From a virus (Duplodnaviria; Caudoviricetes), in the IMG/VR virus record IMGVR_UViG_3300016474_000093, positions 1,417 to 65,416 of that record: a DNA stretch of 64,000 bases; one strand, written 5' to 3'. Position numbers and translations under genes: made by a program. Below the pieces are notes generated by a model. That model was not told where the DNA came from, did no database searches, and saw only the letters and a list, made by a program, of their open reading frames with translations. This document shows positions 47,291 to 57,753 of the stretch, piece by piece. Position 1 is the stretch's first letter. Each line of letters starts with the position of its first letter.

Positions 47291-47641
47291 GTGGCTTTTG
47301 TAATTGCTGATCGTGTACAGGAAACGACGACAACCACAGGCACCGGCACGGTAACACTTGCTGGTGCGGTTACAGGGTTTCAATCGTTTGCCGCTGTAGG
47401 AAACGGTAACACGACTTTTTATACGATAGCTGACCAGTCAGGTTCTAACTGGGAAGTTGGGGTCGGAACTTATACGTCTTCTGGTACAACTTTGTCACGA
47501 GATACGGTGCTGTCTTCCAGTAATTCAGGAAGCCTAGTCAATTTTAGTGCCGGAACTAAAAACGTATTTGTAACGCTACCGGCAAGCAGAACCACTTTTA
47601 ACGCTAAAGCGTATGGCACAACGATAATCTTTGGGGGCTAG
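47291..47641 (+). CDS. Tail fibre N-terminal-like protein
   Basis: ADRVQETTTTTGTG...WEVGVGTY...FSAGTKNVFVT. Confidence 0.65.
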   Translation: MAFVIADRVQETTTTTGTGTVTLAGAVTGFQSFAAVGNGNTTFYTIADQSGSNWEVGVGTYTSSGTTLSRDTVLSSSNSGSLVNFSAGTKNVFVTLPASRTTFNAKAYGTTIIFGG

Positions 47642-47643
47642 CT

Positions 47644-48006
47644 ATGGCTGCGCCGAATCTACTTAATTTGACGACTGCCACAGGAAAGACGGCTGGGCTA
47701 GCGGTAACAACTTCGGCCACAGCAATTGTAAGTAACGCTGCTGCTTCTGGAAAGTGCCTGAAGATCAATACATTAGTTGTCGCAAATATCACAGGATCTA
47801 CGGCAACAGTAACAGTTGATGTATACAAAAATGCTACAACGGCGTTTGATTTAATTTATCAAGCAACTGTCCCAGCCAACTCCTCTTTAGTTATTATCGG
47901 CAAAACCGAAACTCAAATTTATCTAGAAGAAAATGATAGTTTGAGATTGACGGCTGCGGCCAACAGTACGTTAGAAGCAGTGTGTTCTTATGAGGACTTG
48001 TCATAA
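47644..48006 (+). CDS. Tail-associated beta protein
   Basis: MAAPN...INTLVVAN...IYLEENDSL..VCSYE. Confidence 0.65.
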   Translation: MAAPNLLNLTTATGKTAGLAVTTSATAIVSNAAASGKCLKINTLVVANITGSTATVTVDVYKNATTAFDLIYQATVPANSSLVIIGKTETQIYLEENDSLRLTAAANSTLEAVCSYEDLS

Positions 48007-50358
48007 ATGCCTGTTGCATTAGGTGTTAATGGTGGAGTTCTTGGCTCTAATAACTTGCCAACGGCAACGACGTTTAGGGGTGTCTTTACTCCTAATGAGG
48101 TAGCTAGAGCAATAGCTCTTGGATTTTGGCCTGTAAATAAATCACAAGCTGTAACGGGTGTTGCTGGCTCTGGCGCATTAGGAACTTTAACTGTTGGTAC
48201 TACCGCCGACCCCTATTTTGAATACACCACGCTACTGCTTCCTGGCAACGGTACGAATGGCGCACAGAACAATACGTTCTTAGACACTGGAGCAGTCTTT
48301 ACTGGCTCCATAGCGGCAACAACCATGACAGTTTCAGCGGTTACGTCTGGAACAATTCTTATTGGTCACACAATTTCAGGTTCTGGTATTACCGGAGGAA
48401 CGACTGTTACAGCGCAGTTAACAGGAACGACTGGTGGTGTTGGGACGTATACAGTCAGTGCGTCTATGACTGTCGCAAGCACATCTATCACCTCAGCCTT
48501 CACCATCACCCGCAACGGCAACACGACACAGGGTACGTTTAGTCCGTTCTCACAGACTGGGTGGGGGAATTATTTCAACGGAAGTTCAACATTAGATACA
48601 AGTAATGCAGCTTTCAATCCAGCCGGTGCATTCACGATTGAGTTTTGGTTTTACGGCACTGATAGCGCAACAGCTACCCAAGGGCTAGTTTCTACTTGGG
48701 CTAGTGGTCTTAGTCCTGCACAGGGGATTCTTATATGGAAAACTGGCGCAAATTGTGAGATCCAAATTGGTAATGCTTCTACTGGCGGCACAACAATCGC
48801 TACGTTTACATGGGCAACATATTTAAATCAGTGGAACCATTTTGCGCTTGTTAGGAACAGCAGCAATAGTTGTGCTGTCTTTCTTAACGGTAATCGGCTT
48901 GCCGCTCCGGTTACTAAATCAGGATCACCGGGGCAGACTGCACTAACGATTGGCAGAGCATTTCCAAATAGCGCAAGTTCGTATTTCACAGGCTACATGT
49001 CTAATGTTAGCTTTGTTAGCGGCTCAAATGTTTACGACCCTGCAAGTTCAACAATCACAGTACCGACAACACCGCTAAGCACATCAACAACAAATCAAGC
49101 ATTGCTTACATGTCAGGCTAACCGTTTTATTGATAGCAATACAGCAACAACAGCTAAGACAATCACCCTTACTGGCTCCCCTTCCGTCCAAGCCTTCTCC
49201 CCATTCAACCCCACTGCATCGTGGTCTGCTGCGACTTATGGTGGGAGTGGGTATTTTGATGGGAATGGGGATTATTTGACATTACCTGCTGGTACTGCTT
49301 TTGCTCCTGGAACTGGAGACTTTACAGTTGATGGGTGGTTCTACGCTTCTTCGTTTTCTGGTGATCCGATTATTTGGTCACAGACAACGAGTGGTAGTAA
49401 TTACTTTATGTTGTATGTAAGCGCTGCTAGTAATACGCTTATTTTTATTGGATCAAATATTTCAACGTCAGGGGCAGCAAATCTTGTTCTTAATGCGTGG
49501 AATTATTTTTCTGTTCGCAGGTCGTCTGGAACCGTTACGGTTTACACCAACGGAACTGCCGGAACCGGCGGGTCAAACACATCTGATCTAAACAATACGA
49601 CTTATGTTCCTACAATTGGTAGATACACACATTCCGCAACAAACGCTTTTACGGGGTACATTGCAAACCTTCGTTATGTAAAAGGCACGGCAATTACGCC
49701 TTCCGGTGTTCCTACTACACTGAACACAGCAGTATCAGGAACTTCTGCGCTACTCAACTTCACCAACGCCGGTATCTACGATGCTACAAGTAAGAATGAC
49801 TTGGAGACGGTGGGGAATGCTCAGATAAGTACGACACAGAGCAAGTTTGGCGGAAGCAGTATGTCGTTTGATGGGACGGGGGATTATTTGCGCAGTCCAG
49901 CATCACCTCTTTTTAATTTTAACACTGGTGATTTTACGGTCGAGGCGTGGGTTTATACGTCTTCAGCCGTTGCTTACGCAACAGTTATTGATAAATCAAT
50001 TGGTAGCGGCGGCACTACAGGTTGGTTTCTAGAGTGGTCTTCAACAAGAGGTATATGGTTTTTTTATCAAGGAAGTTCTGCTTCAGCAGCTTATACGGTT
50101 GCAACGGGTCAGTGGTATCACTTAGCCGTATCAAAATCCGGTTCAAGTTTGCGTTTATTTGTAAATGGAGTTCAGCAAGGTTCAACCGCAACTGTAACTG
50201 CTGACATCACTTCAACATATGGAGTTTCGGTAGGAGCATCAAACGGAACTCCACAGTATCAATTAAACGGCTACATCCAAGACCTTCGCATCACTAAAGG
50301 CTACGCTCGATACACAGCCAACTTCACGCCGCCAACAGCAGCGTTCCCAACCCTATAG
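48007..50358 (+). CDS. Tail fibre/receptor-binding protein with concanavalin A/LamG-like domains
   Basis: Three repeats of F.G...FT[IV]E[FGA]W....W.H.A..R..GY[IM]...R motifs. Confidence 0.8.
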   Translation: MPVALGVNGGVLGSNNLPTATTFRGVFTPNEVARAIALGFWPVNKSQAVTGVAGSGALGTLTVGTTADPYFEYTTLLLPGNGTNGAQNNTFLDTGAVFTGSIAATTMTVSAVTSGTILIGHTISGSGITGGTTVTAQLTGTTGGVGTYTVSASMTVASTSITSAFTITRNGNTTQGTFSPFSQTGWGNYFNGSSTLDTSNAAFNPAGAFTIEFWFYGTDSATATQGLVSTWASGLSPAQGILIWKTGANCEIQIGNASTGGTTIATFTWATYLNQWNHFALVRNSSNSCAVFLNGNRLAAPVTKSGSPGQTALTIGRAFPNSASSYFTGYMSNVSFVSGSNVYDPASSTITVPTTPLSTSTTNQALLTCQANRFIDSNTATTAKTITLTGSPSVQAFSPFNPTASWSAATYGGSGYFDGNGDYLTLPAGTAFAPGTGDFTVDGWFYASSFSGDPIIWSQTTSGSNYFMLYVSAASNTLIFIGSNISTSGAANLVLNAWNYFSVRRSSGTVTVYTNGTAGTGGSNTSDLNNTTYVPTIGRYTHSATNAFTGYIANLRYVKGTAITPSGVPTTLNTAVSGTSALLNFTNAGIYDATSKNDLETVGNAQISTTQSKFGGSSMSFDGTGDYLRSPASPLFNFNTGDFTVEAWVYTSSAVAYATVIDKSIGSGGTTGWFLEWSSTRGIWFFYQGSSASAAYTVATGQWYHLAVSKSGSSLRLFVNGVQQGSTATVTADITSTYGVSVGASNGTPQYQLNGYIQDLRITKGYARYTANFTPPTAAFPTL

Positions 50359-50367
50359 GACTAGACC

Positions 50368-50679
50368 ATGCAATACTGGACAAAGAACGGGTCTATCCCA
50401 AGCACTGAAACAGATGGTACGGAAGGCTGGCAACAGGCTCCTGCGCCTCCGACAGACGTTCCTGATGGCAAAGAGTTGGTATGGCTAAACTGGGAATGGA
50501 TCATCAGAGACCCTAAGCCAGCAGACAGGGCAGGATGGCAGTGGAACTGGCAGCACGAAGGCAAGACTTGGGTAGAGAGTGCTTGGCAAACATCGCCTTC
50601 AGAAGCAATACCCATTACAATCCCAGAAGCTCTAACAACAGATCAAATATCAAACCTCACCACCGCACAGCTCATATAA
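50368..50679 (+). CDS. Tail fibre-associated hypothetical protein
   Basis: Trp/Pro-rich, follows the fibre gene. Confidence 0.55.
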   Translation: MQYWTKNGSIPSTETDGTEGWQQAPAPPTDVPDGKELVWLNWEWIIRDPKPADRAGWQWNWQHEGKTWVESAWQTSPSEAIPITIPEALTTDQISNLTTAQLI

Positions 50680-50688
50680 GGCAACAAT

Positions 50689-51891
50689 GTGTTCGGTTTC
50701 TCAGCATTTGGCGGCGCAGCGTTTGGAGCCACAGGTGAAAGTGGAGGAGCGCCTATTACCGAAGGCTGGGGGTTCGGTCCTTGGGGTTCTGGTACTTGGG
50801 GGTACAGTGGTATTACCGAGGTTGCACTTACTGGCGTAGCTGCTACAGGTGCGGTAGGTGATGTAACCGAAATAAGTACGATAGATTTAACAGGAGTTGC
50901 CGCCACAGGTGCTGTAGGAAGCGTAACTCAAACAAGCATAGTTGGCCTAACAGGTGTAACTGCATCAGGTAGTGTAGGCAGTGTAACTGCGACTAACACT
51001 ATAGCTTTAACGGGTGTAGCTGCATCGGGCGAAGTAGGAACCCTTGATGTAAATATTACACCTGCGGTAGAGATCTCAGGTGTAGCGGCATCTGGTAATG
51101 TTGGTTCTGTATCGTTAGATGAACGGCAAATAGCGTTAACGGGTGTAGAAGCTTCTGGTGCGGTAGGTACTTTAACACTTACTAATACACAGACGTTAAC
51201 GGGGGTAGAGGCTTCCGGTGCGGTAGGTACGGTAACTGTAGCGTCTGGGCAAATAACTCCGATAACAGGCGTAGAAGCTTCTGGGTCAGTGGGGTCGGTA
51301 ACCCCAGAAGTAAACGTGAGTTTGGCAGGTGTAAATGCAGTTGGGTCAGTTGGGTCATTAGCTCCGGAACTTATCCAGAGTCTTACAGGTGTAGCCGCAG
51401 CAGGGGATGTTGGTTCTGTAACAGTAGCTGAGAGGCAGATAGCGTTAACAGGTGTTCAAGCTTCCGGGGCGGTAGGAAATGTAAGCGCATCTTTTGAACA
51501 GTTTGTAGCTATTACTGGGGTAAATGGTTCTGGGGCTGTAGGAAACGTTTTAACTGGGACTACGGTACTCACATCAGTTAGCAGTGCTGGACAAGTAGGT
51601 ATAGTTGAGCCGACAATAACGGTTGAGTTATCTGGGGTTGTAGCAGCGGGGGATGTTGGTAGTGTTACGTACACAATACCTGTTGAACTTTCTGGAGTTA
51701 CGGCTTCCGGGGCAGTTGGGTCTGTAACCACTGGACCTCGTACAGTACCTTTAACTGGTGTTCAGGCTCGAGGACAAGTTAATTCTGTTGGTGGTTTATA
51801 CTGGAGTTTGATTAATAATTACCAAGATGCTGGTTGGGCGTCCGGTGATAACTATCAAGATGCCCAGTGGGATCTTGTAGAAATGGAGTAA
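50689..51891 (+). CDS. Repeat-rich virion protein (LTGVxAxGxVG repeats)
   Basis: About 15 copies of a roughly 20-aa repeat. Confidence 0.75.
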   Translation: MFGFSAFGGAAFGATGESGGAPITEGWGFGPWGSGTWGYSGITEVALTGVAATGAVGDVTEISTIDLTGVAATGAVGSVTQTSIVGLTGVTASGSVGSVTATNTIALTGVAASGEVGTLDVNITPAVEISGVAASGNVGSVSLDERQIALTGVEASGAVGTLTLTNTQTLTGVEASGAVGTVTVASGQITPITGVEASGSVGSVTPEVNVSLAGVNAVGSVGSLAPELIQSLTGVAAAGDVGSVTVAERQIALTGVQASGAVGNVSASFEQFVAITGVNGSGAVGNVLTGTTVLTSVSSAGQVGIVEPTITVELSGVVAAGDVGSVTYTIPVELSGVTASGAVGSVTTGPRTVPLTGVQARGQVNSVGGLYWSLINNYQDAGWASGDNYQDAQWDLVEME

Positions 51892-51894
51892 GAC

Positions 51895-52884
51895 ATGACT
51901 GTTGCACGTACAACGCTTTTAGACCTCCCAATCATCACGACAGGTACAGAGTCTGGGTTGTGGGGGGACTATACAAACAACGGCCTCACACAGTATCTTG
52001 ATATTTCTATCGCTGGGATGTCCAACCTGACAAGTGCAAACTTTACGGCAGGTGCATTAACAATTGAAACCACTGAAGGTACAAATTCAGCAACAAACAT
52101 AGTAGCAACATCAGCGCAATACGCAGGCTTTCGAGTATCGTCACTTGCTGTTAACTCTACGATCACAGTAGGTAATGCGGGTACAAATCCTGGCAGGTCA
52201 TATCGACTTATCAATGCTGACTCTACATACACCCTAACATTTAAAGCCACAGGTCAAACCGGAGTTACTTTACAGCCGGGGCAGTCTGCTGTTGTAGCTT
52301 TTAACGGCACGGATTACGGAATTGTAGGTACGATTGGTCCGACGGTTCCGGTTGATAGAGGGGGTACAGGATTAGTTTCCGGAACTTCTGGCGGCATTCC
52401 TTATTTTTCTTCTACCAGTGCAATGACCTCTTCTGGAGCGTTAACTGCAAATCAAATTATTTTAGGTGGTGGTGCGGGGGCCGCCCCAACTTCATCCTCC
52501 CTTTTATCCACTTCTGCGGCTGTAACTTCCGGTACTTATATTAAAGGAATTGGGTACGCCGATACAGTCGTGGCATTAGGTAATACAGGAACAGCAATCA
52601 ATCTAGATATTGTTAGTGGCGGGGTGTTTACGGCAACGCTTACAGGAAACGCAACAATTACGCTTCGCTATCCTGTGTCTTCTGGGGCATCCTCTTTTAT
52701 CTTGATTCTGACCAATGACGCTACACCAAGCCGTACAGTAGCATTTTCAGGTGGTACTTTTAAGTATCCTGGAGGAACAGTGCCCCGTAGTACAGCAGCA
52801 AACGCTGTGGATATTTGGTTCTTTATGACGCCAGATGGGGGTACAACTTATTATGTATCGATCCCAATGGCAAATCTATCTTAA
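51895..52884 (+). CDS. Tail fibre-like protein
   Basis: GTESGLWG N-terminus, VPVDRGGTG motif, C-terminal ILTNDAT...FSGGTFKYPGG. Confidence 0.7.
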   Translation: MTVARTTLLDLPIITTGTESGLWGDYTNNGLTQYLDISIAGMSNLTSANFTAGALTIETTEGTNSATNIVATSAQYAGFRVSSLAVNSTITVGNAGTNPGRSYRLINADSTYTLTFKATGQTGVTLQPGQSAVVAFNGTDYGIVGTIGPTVPVDRGGTGLVSGTSGGIPYFSSTSAMTSSGALTANQIILGGGAGAAPTSSSLLSTSAAVTSGTYIKGIGYADTVVALGNTGTAINLDIVSGGVFTATLTGNATITLRYPVSSGASSFILILTNDATPSRTVAFSGGTFKYPGGTVPRSTAANAVDIWFFMTPDGGTTYYVSIPMANLS

Positions 52885-52896
52885 AGGAGTAAGAAA

Positions 52897-53130
52897 ATGG
52901 CTTTAACCGCAGAGCAACAAGCACAGGTTGATATTCAACATGCTATTGAAGTAATTAGACACACAAATCAATTAGAGCTTGAAGTGCGACGTGCAAAACT
53001 TGAGGCAATTCGTTTGGCAAAAGAAACGTTAATTGAGAACGCTCGCAGCAAGCCTGTGGACGCTCGTGATGTATCAGCAGCCGATATTCGTACTTTTGCC
53101 CAATCGCTTGTATCATACATTAACGGATGA
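52897..53130 (+). CDS. Small hypothetical protein
   Basis: AGGAG RBS; helical. Confidence 0.6.
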   Translation: MALTAEQQAQVDIQHAIEVIRHTNQLELEVRRAKLEAIRLAKETLIENARSKPVDARDVSAADIRTFAQSLVSYING

Positions 53131-53720
53131 TTCAGGGATTCGCGTACTTTCATGCCATCGTCTACCGTGATGAGCATCCTGAATGGGTTGATTATGCGTT
53201 AAAAGTCTCTCAAAAATACTTTGACGCGCAAGCTAGTGAAAGTGTCATGTGTCAAACAGATCATATGGGTAACGATCCTGATATGAAATTTTTAACAAAT
53301 TATCTGTTATCAACCGGCCATGATATTTTGACAAGTCAGGGTTACGATATGAATCGATATGAACTATATATTTCCGGATTGTGGGGCCAGGAAGTCAAAG
53401 GACATGGTGGTACAAATGTACATGTACATAAAAACAGTCAGCTTTGCGGTTGGTTCTTTTTAGAAGCTTCAGAAGGTGGCTCATACCCTGTGTATTATGA
53501 TACGCGGGTTAATAAACAAATGATTGAGCTTGATTTCTTGCCAAACGATGAAGTAACTAATGCAACTTCAACCATTCATTTTAATAACATTGTCCCCGGT
53601 ACTGTATTACTCGCTAATTCATGGATGCAGCATCAATTAACTCCAAACATGACAAAGAAGCCAACCAAAAGTATTCACTTTATGATTTCACATAGGGATA
53701 AATCATGCAGTATATGTTGA
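53127..53720 (+). CDS. Putative 2OG-Fe(II) oxygenase (TIGR02466-like)
   Basis: HVHKNS (HxH), PGTVLLANSWMQHQLTPN. Confidence 0.7.
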   Translation: MIQGFAYFHAIVYRDEHPEWVDYALKVSQKYFDAQASESVMCQTDHMGNDPDMKFLTNYLLSTGHDILTSQGYDMNRYELYISGLWGQEVKGHGGTNVHVHKNSQLCGWFFLEASEGGSYPVYYDTRVNKQMIELDFLPNDEVTNATSTIHFNNIVPGTVLLANSWMQHQLTPNMTKKPTKSIHFMISHRDKSCSIC

Positions 53721-54292
53721 CGCCTTATGCTGAATCAATTGAACCTTTTGTTTGGTGGGAAGGCGCTTTTAACGAAAAAGAGCTTGACTGGTTACAAGAG
53801 CGAGCCATTAAAGCTGATCAAAGAGCGCAAGTCGGTGGTGATCCTGATGGTGAACGTTTATCGCAAATCCGCCGTTCCCATGTGTCGTGGATAGGATGCA
53901 CTGATGAAACTAAATGGGTGTTCGATAAACTAGCTCATGCTGTGTCGTCTCTTAATTCGCAGTTTTATCGGTTTGATCTAACGGGTTTTGGCGAGGCTTT
54001 ACAGCTTACTAACTATGATCAATCTGAAAACGGGATGTATGGTTGGCATCAAGATTACGGCGGTAAACGCAGTGTAAGCAGGAAATTATCAGCAGTGCTT
54101 CAGTTGACTGATCCAGCGCAGTATGAAGGTGGCAATCTTCAGGTCTTAACGGCTGATAACCCAATAAATATTCGCAAGCAGCGTGGGCTTATTACGGTGT
54201 TTCCATCCTACACCCTTCATCAAGTTACGCCTGTAACACAAGGTAACCGCCAAAGTCTTGTGGCATGGCTTTCGGGGCCAGCATTTAAATGA
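53705..54292 (+). CDS. 2OG-Fe(II) oxygenase, prolyl-hydroxylase-like
   Basis: YGWHQD, RKLS, YEGG, FPSYTLHQVTPVTQGNRQSLVAW. Confidence 0.9.
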   Translation: MQYMLTPYAESIEPFVWWEGAFNEKELDWLQERAIKADQRAQVGGDPDGERLSQIRRSHVSWIGCTDETKWVFDKLAHAVSSLNSQFYRFDLTGFGEALQLTNYDQSENGMYGWHQDYGGKRSVSRKLSAVLQLTDPAQYEGGNLQVLTADNPINIRKQRGLITVFPSYTLHQVTPVTQGNRQSLVAWLSGPAFK

Positions 54293-54888
54293 ATACAAAG
54301 TACAAAGATTTTATTGGTATATATTCAGATGTATATCCTGAAGGTTATTGCCAACATTTGATTGAAGAATTTGAACGTCTGTGTATAAACGGCGCGGGCG
54401 CAAATCGTCAGCAATCTGAATCAGCGCTTCGTCACAAAAAAGATGATTTCCAAATTGGGATGAATATAAAGCATCATTCTCCTGCGGATTTTAAAGGTCA
54501 CAGCTCTGTAGATATATTTTTTGAAGGGTTGCAGCGCTGTTACGATACTTACTCCGAAAAATATTCTGTTTTGCACAATGCCGGAAGGCTCCGCGCTACT
54601 CAAATGAAAATGCAGCGCACTTCGGAAGGCGGCGGCTATCATGTTTGGCATTGCGAGCAAGGCGGCGAGGCAAATGCAAATCGTGCGGTTGTTTACATGC
54701 TTTATCTCAACACACTACCAAAAGGCGGAAATGGTGAGACTGAGTTTTTGTATCAGCATTTGCGGATTGATCCGGAAGAAAACACAATGATTTTGTGGCC
54801 CGCTGCATACACACATGCTCATCGAGGTAACCCCGTGTATGGCAACACATCAAAATATATTGTGACTGGTTGGTTTTACTACGATTGA
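54289..54888 (+). CDS. 2OG-Fe(II) oxygenase, prolyl-hydroxylase-like
   Basis: YHVWHCE, YLNT..GETEF, WPAAYTHAHRGNP...KYIVTGW. Confidence 0.88.
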   Translation: MNTKYKDFIGIYSDVYPEGYCQHLIEEFERLCINGAGANRQQSESALRHKKDDFQIGMNIKHHSPADFKGHSSVDIFFEGLQRCYDTYSEKYSVLHNAGRLRATQMKMQRTSEGGGYHVWHCEQGGEANANRAVVYMLYLNTLPKGGNGETEFLYQHLRIDPEENTMILWPAAYTHAHRGNPVYGNTSKYIVTGWFYYD

Positions 54889-54896
54889 GGTGATAT

Positions 54897-55841
54897 ATGC
54901 CTATTGGGGCGTCAAAAATTATTCTTGGTGGTAAGGTTCCTGGCGGGGCGCAAACTTTTAACACTTCCGGAGTTTGGACGGCTCCTGCTGGCGTCACCAA
55001 AATTTCAGTTACTGGGCAAGGTGGTACTGGGAATCCAGGTAATGTTGGAAATCCTGGAAATCGTGGTGGCGGCGGTGGCGGCGGTGGCGGCAGTTATAGT
55101 CTTTACTATAACGTTAGCCCTGGTAGTCCAGGTCGTCCTGGCGGTAATATAGCCGGTGGTGGGAATGGCGGATTGGCTGGTGGTAATCCAATTTGTGGTA
55201 ATCCAGCGGCTTGTTCGGGTAGTCCTGGTAATTCTGGTAATTCGGGTAATGCTGGCAACCCTGGTTCTAGTGGAGTTGCATCTTCTGCTTTTAGTTATAA
55301 TTTTGCTGCGGGGAACGGTGGAGCTGCCGGTAATGGTGGTTCTGGCGGTCCCGGTGGTAATGGGGGGGTTGGCGGCTCAACTTACCGCAACGGCATTGGG
55401 CTTACTGCTCCAGGTGGAAGCGGCGGGAGTATTGGAGGGTCATCGGGCAATCCGGGTAATGCAAGACCTTCAGCCAATCCGCCTGGGTTTACATCTGGGG
55501 GGAATGGTGGTGATGGTGGTTCTCCAGGGGGCGGAACTGGAGGGACTGGCGCGACTTATCCCGGTAATTCCAACTTTGGTAATACAGGAACGTGTGGCGG
55601 TGGTGGTGGAGGCGGCGGTGGTGGTTACGGTTATTATGGTCTCTGTTGTAACTACCACAGCGGTGGAGGCGGCGGTGGTGGTGGGGGTCGAAGCCCTTGC
55701 GCCCCTTCTGGGAACCCTGGTCCCGCTGGTAACCCAGGGACTAATGCCAACTATGCTTGTGTTTCTGTTACATCAGGAAGCAGCTACCCAATTACTGTTG
55801 GTTCTGGCGGCTATATTAACGTAAGTTGGAACCCGCAATGA
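54897..55841 (+). CDS. Glycine-rich, partly collagen-like virion protein
   Basis: Gly-X-Y runs (GNPGNVGNPGNRG, GSPGNSGNSGNAGNPG, GNPGPAGNPG), poly-Gly tracts, FNTSGVWTAP N-terminal motif. Confidence 0.75.
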   Translation: MPIGASKIILGGKVPGGAQTFNTSGVWTAPAGVTKISVTGQGGTGNPGNVGNPGNRGGGGGGGGGSYSLYYNVSPGSPGRPGGNIAGGGNGGLAGGNPICGNPAACSGSPGNSGNSGNAGNPGSSGVASSAFSYNFAAGNGGAAGNGGSGGPGGNGGVGGSTYRNGIGLTAPGGSGGSIGGSSGNPGNARPSANPPGFTSGGNGGDGGSPGGGTGGTGATYPGNSNFGNTGTCGGGGGGGGGGYGYYGLCCNYHSGGGGGGGGGRSPCAPSGNPGPAGNPGTNANYACVSVTSGSSYPITVGSGGYINVSWNPQ

Positions 55842-56305
55842 ATCAAAAAGACCTTAAGCGTTTGCGACAAAAAAATATTGACCGCATGGCTTTGGAAAAC
55901 GAAGCTAGCAATCTAACCCGTGCTAGGTCAATAACTGTGGGCACCGCTTTTGGCGGGACAACAGAAGTTAGTATGCGAGGTAACGGTGATCGTATTCTTT
56001 GGGTCATTATGCAGCCTGTTGAGGTTCTTGAGTTAATTAATCAACTTGCAGCAAATATCGGTTGTCATATTAACGTCAAGCCTCGTGATGATTTTGGTAG
56101 TTGGCGGCAATGGCGAGAAACTCCAAATCAGTGCATAGGCATAGGGTGGCCTGAGTGGTCTAATCACCCGCCAATTGCAAAAATACCTGCGTCTGAGCAA
56201 CAGCCCGGATTGAACTTCAGCAAGGATTCAAATCATGACAAAACTGTGGCAACTCAAAAAACTGTCAACCGGAGAAGCGTTAAACGAGCCGCAAAAACTC
56301 CCTGA
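55838..56305 (+). CDS. Hypothetical protein
   Basis: ATGA overlap; ARSITVGTAFGGTTEVSMR. Confidence 0.6.
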   Translation: MNQKDLKRLRQKNIDRMALENEASNLTRARSITVGTAFGGTTEVSMRGNGDRILWVIMQPVEVLELINQLAANIGCHINVKPRDDFGSWRQWRETPNQCIGIGWPEWSNHPPIAKIPASEQQPGLNFSKDSNHDKTVATQKTVNRRSVKRAAKTP

Positions 56306-56624
56306 AAATTGGGGACCAATCTTTGGGTTGCACGGCTTTTTGGACAAGTTAAGTGATCTGTCTTGGCTTGGTGAAGCCTATGCCGATCAAGGGTGGTTTG
56401 AGGTGGATAATGCGCTCACTGCCCAGATAACGTCTTCAACTGCTGATTTAGTTTGGGATAGAGCCAAGCAAATGCTGCGCGAGTCCGATTGGTCGATGCT
56501 ACCCGATGTACCGATGACTTCAGGAAATAAAGCTGCATGGATTGAGTATCGTCGTGGGTTGCGTGAAATCAGACTGCAAGCAGGTTTTCCTGACGACATT
56601 ACTTGGCCTATGCGTCCTGAGTGA
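56235..56624 (+). CDS. Tail fibre assembly chaperone-like protein
   Basis: SDWSMLPDVP...WIEYRRGLREI..QAGFPDDITWP. Confidence 0.75.
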   Translation: MTKLWQLKKLSTGEALNEPQKLPENWGPIFGLHGFLDKLSDLSWLGEAYADQGWFEVDNALTAQITSSTADLVWDRAKQMLRESDWSMLPDVPMTSGNKAAWIEYRRGLREIRLQAGFPDDITWPMRPE

Positions 56625-56848
56625 AGCATTACAAAATTAGGTTCAACAAAAGCCGAGGGCAGCGAGGGACTGTTGAGCATGTTTGGCGAGTTTTTGAAGA
56701 TGGGCAAGAGTACCTTGCGCGGCATTTGCAAATCCGAGTGCCATCATGGAGTGAATTGGACGCTAACGGTCACGATTACAACATTGCATGTCGGGGCCAA
56801 ATGTTATGGTTCTCTGATACGGACACAGCAGTAATCGTGGAGGAATAG
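56621..56848 (+). CDS. Hypothetical protein
   Basis: YKIRFNKSRG...VWRVFE. Confidence 0.6.
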   Translation: MKHYKIRFNKSRGQRGTVEHVWRVFEDGQEYLARHLQIRVPSWSELDANGHDYNIACRGQMLWFSDTDTAVIVEE

Positions 56849-57265
56849 ATGGATGACAAAACTCACGAGTTAGCGGTCCTCAAGGCGCAAGCCAGAATCA
56901 GGCTTGAAGAGCTAAAGGCTCAGGATTCAGCCAAGGAAGTTGCTGGGAAAGCAATCGGTGAAGATGGGCTGCTTTATATTTTTATGATTGTACTCGTGGG
57001 TGTTGGTGCATCCCTTTTCCTTGAAGGCGAAAAGATTGCTGCTGTGATGGGTTTGCTTGGCGCATCATTGACCGCTTTGATTCAAATGCTTAACGGTATC
57101 GCCGGAACTGCTGCTAAGCAAGAGAAGCCTGAGTTTGAAGTCATCAAGGATCTTATTCATCGTCTTGACAAGCTAGACCGTGCCGAACAACCCATGCAAG
57201 TGGATGTTGAAGGTAGCAAAGTCACGGTTAAGAAAGGCGCAGATCAAATTACCGCAAAGGGGTAA
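56849..57265 (+). CDS. Two-TM membrane protein in lysis cassette
   Basis: Two hydrophobic helices. Confidence 0.6.
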   Translation: MDDKTHELAVLKAQARIRLEELKAQDSAKEVAGKAIGEDGLLYIFMIVLVGVGASLFLEGEKIAAVMGLLGASLTALIQMLNGIAGTAAKQEKPEFEVIKDLIHRLDKLDRAEQPMQVDVEGSKVTVKKGADQITAKG

Positions 57266-57267
57266 TC

Positions 57268-57753
57268 ATGTTTGAACTACTTGGCGGCGGGTTGATGGGG
57301 TCCATATTTGGCGGCTTATTTAGGCTTGCGCCGGAGATCCTGAAGTTTTTAGACAAAAAGAACGAACGTCAGCACGAGTTGTCTATGTTCCAGCTTCAGA
57401 CCGACTTGGAAAAGCTTCGTGGTGAGTTTCGCATGGAGGAGAAGTACGTTGATTACTCCATTTCGCAGATGGATACGATTAAAGAGGCGTTTAAGGAACA
57501 GGCTACCACTGCTAAGGAAGCTGGCTGGCTTGCGTCTTTTATCACTGCTATTACCCGTCCGGGCCTTACTTGGATTGCTTTTGGCGTGTATGTGGCTGTT
57601 AAAGCAGCCGGTCTAACCATCGCCTTCCAAACCAACGCTAACTGGGCAGAGGTCTTGACCAAGTCCTATGATGAAGATGACTTCGCCATGCTCAATATGA
57701 TGTTGACGTTTTGGTTCGTTGGTCGAAGCATAGAGAAGTACAGTAAATCGTGA
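57268..57753 (+). CDS. Holin-like protein (3TM holin family-like)
   Basis: ITRPGLTW, TM helices, FWFVGRS; directly upstream of lysozyme. Confidence 0.6.
   Translation: MFELLGGGLMGSIFGGLFRLAPEILKFLDKKNERQHELSMFQLQTDLEKLRGEFRMEEKYVDYSISQMDTIKEAFKEQATTAKEAGWLASFITAITRPGLTWIAFGVYVAVKAAGLTIAFQTNANWAEVLTKSYDEDDFAMLNMMLTFWFVGRSIEKYSKS

Noticed and set aside
55156-55824. 222-aa Val-rich ORF overlapping the glycine-rich gene
   Set aside because: Shifted-frame shadow of GGT/GGN codon repeats.
48007-55841. Diversity-generating retroelement acting on tail fibres
   Set aside because: No reverse transcriptase and no template/variable repeat pair differing at adenines.
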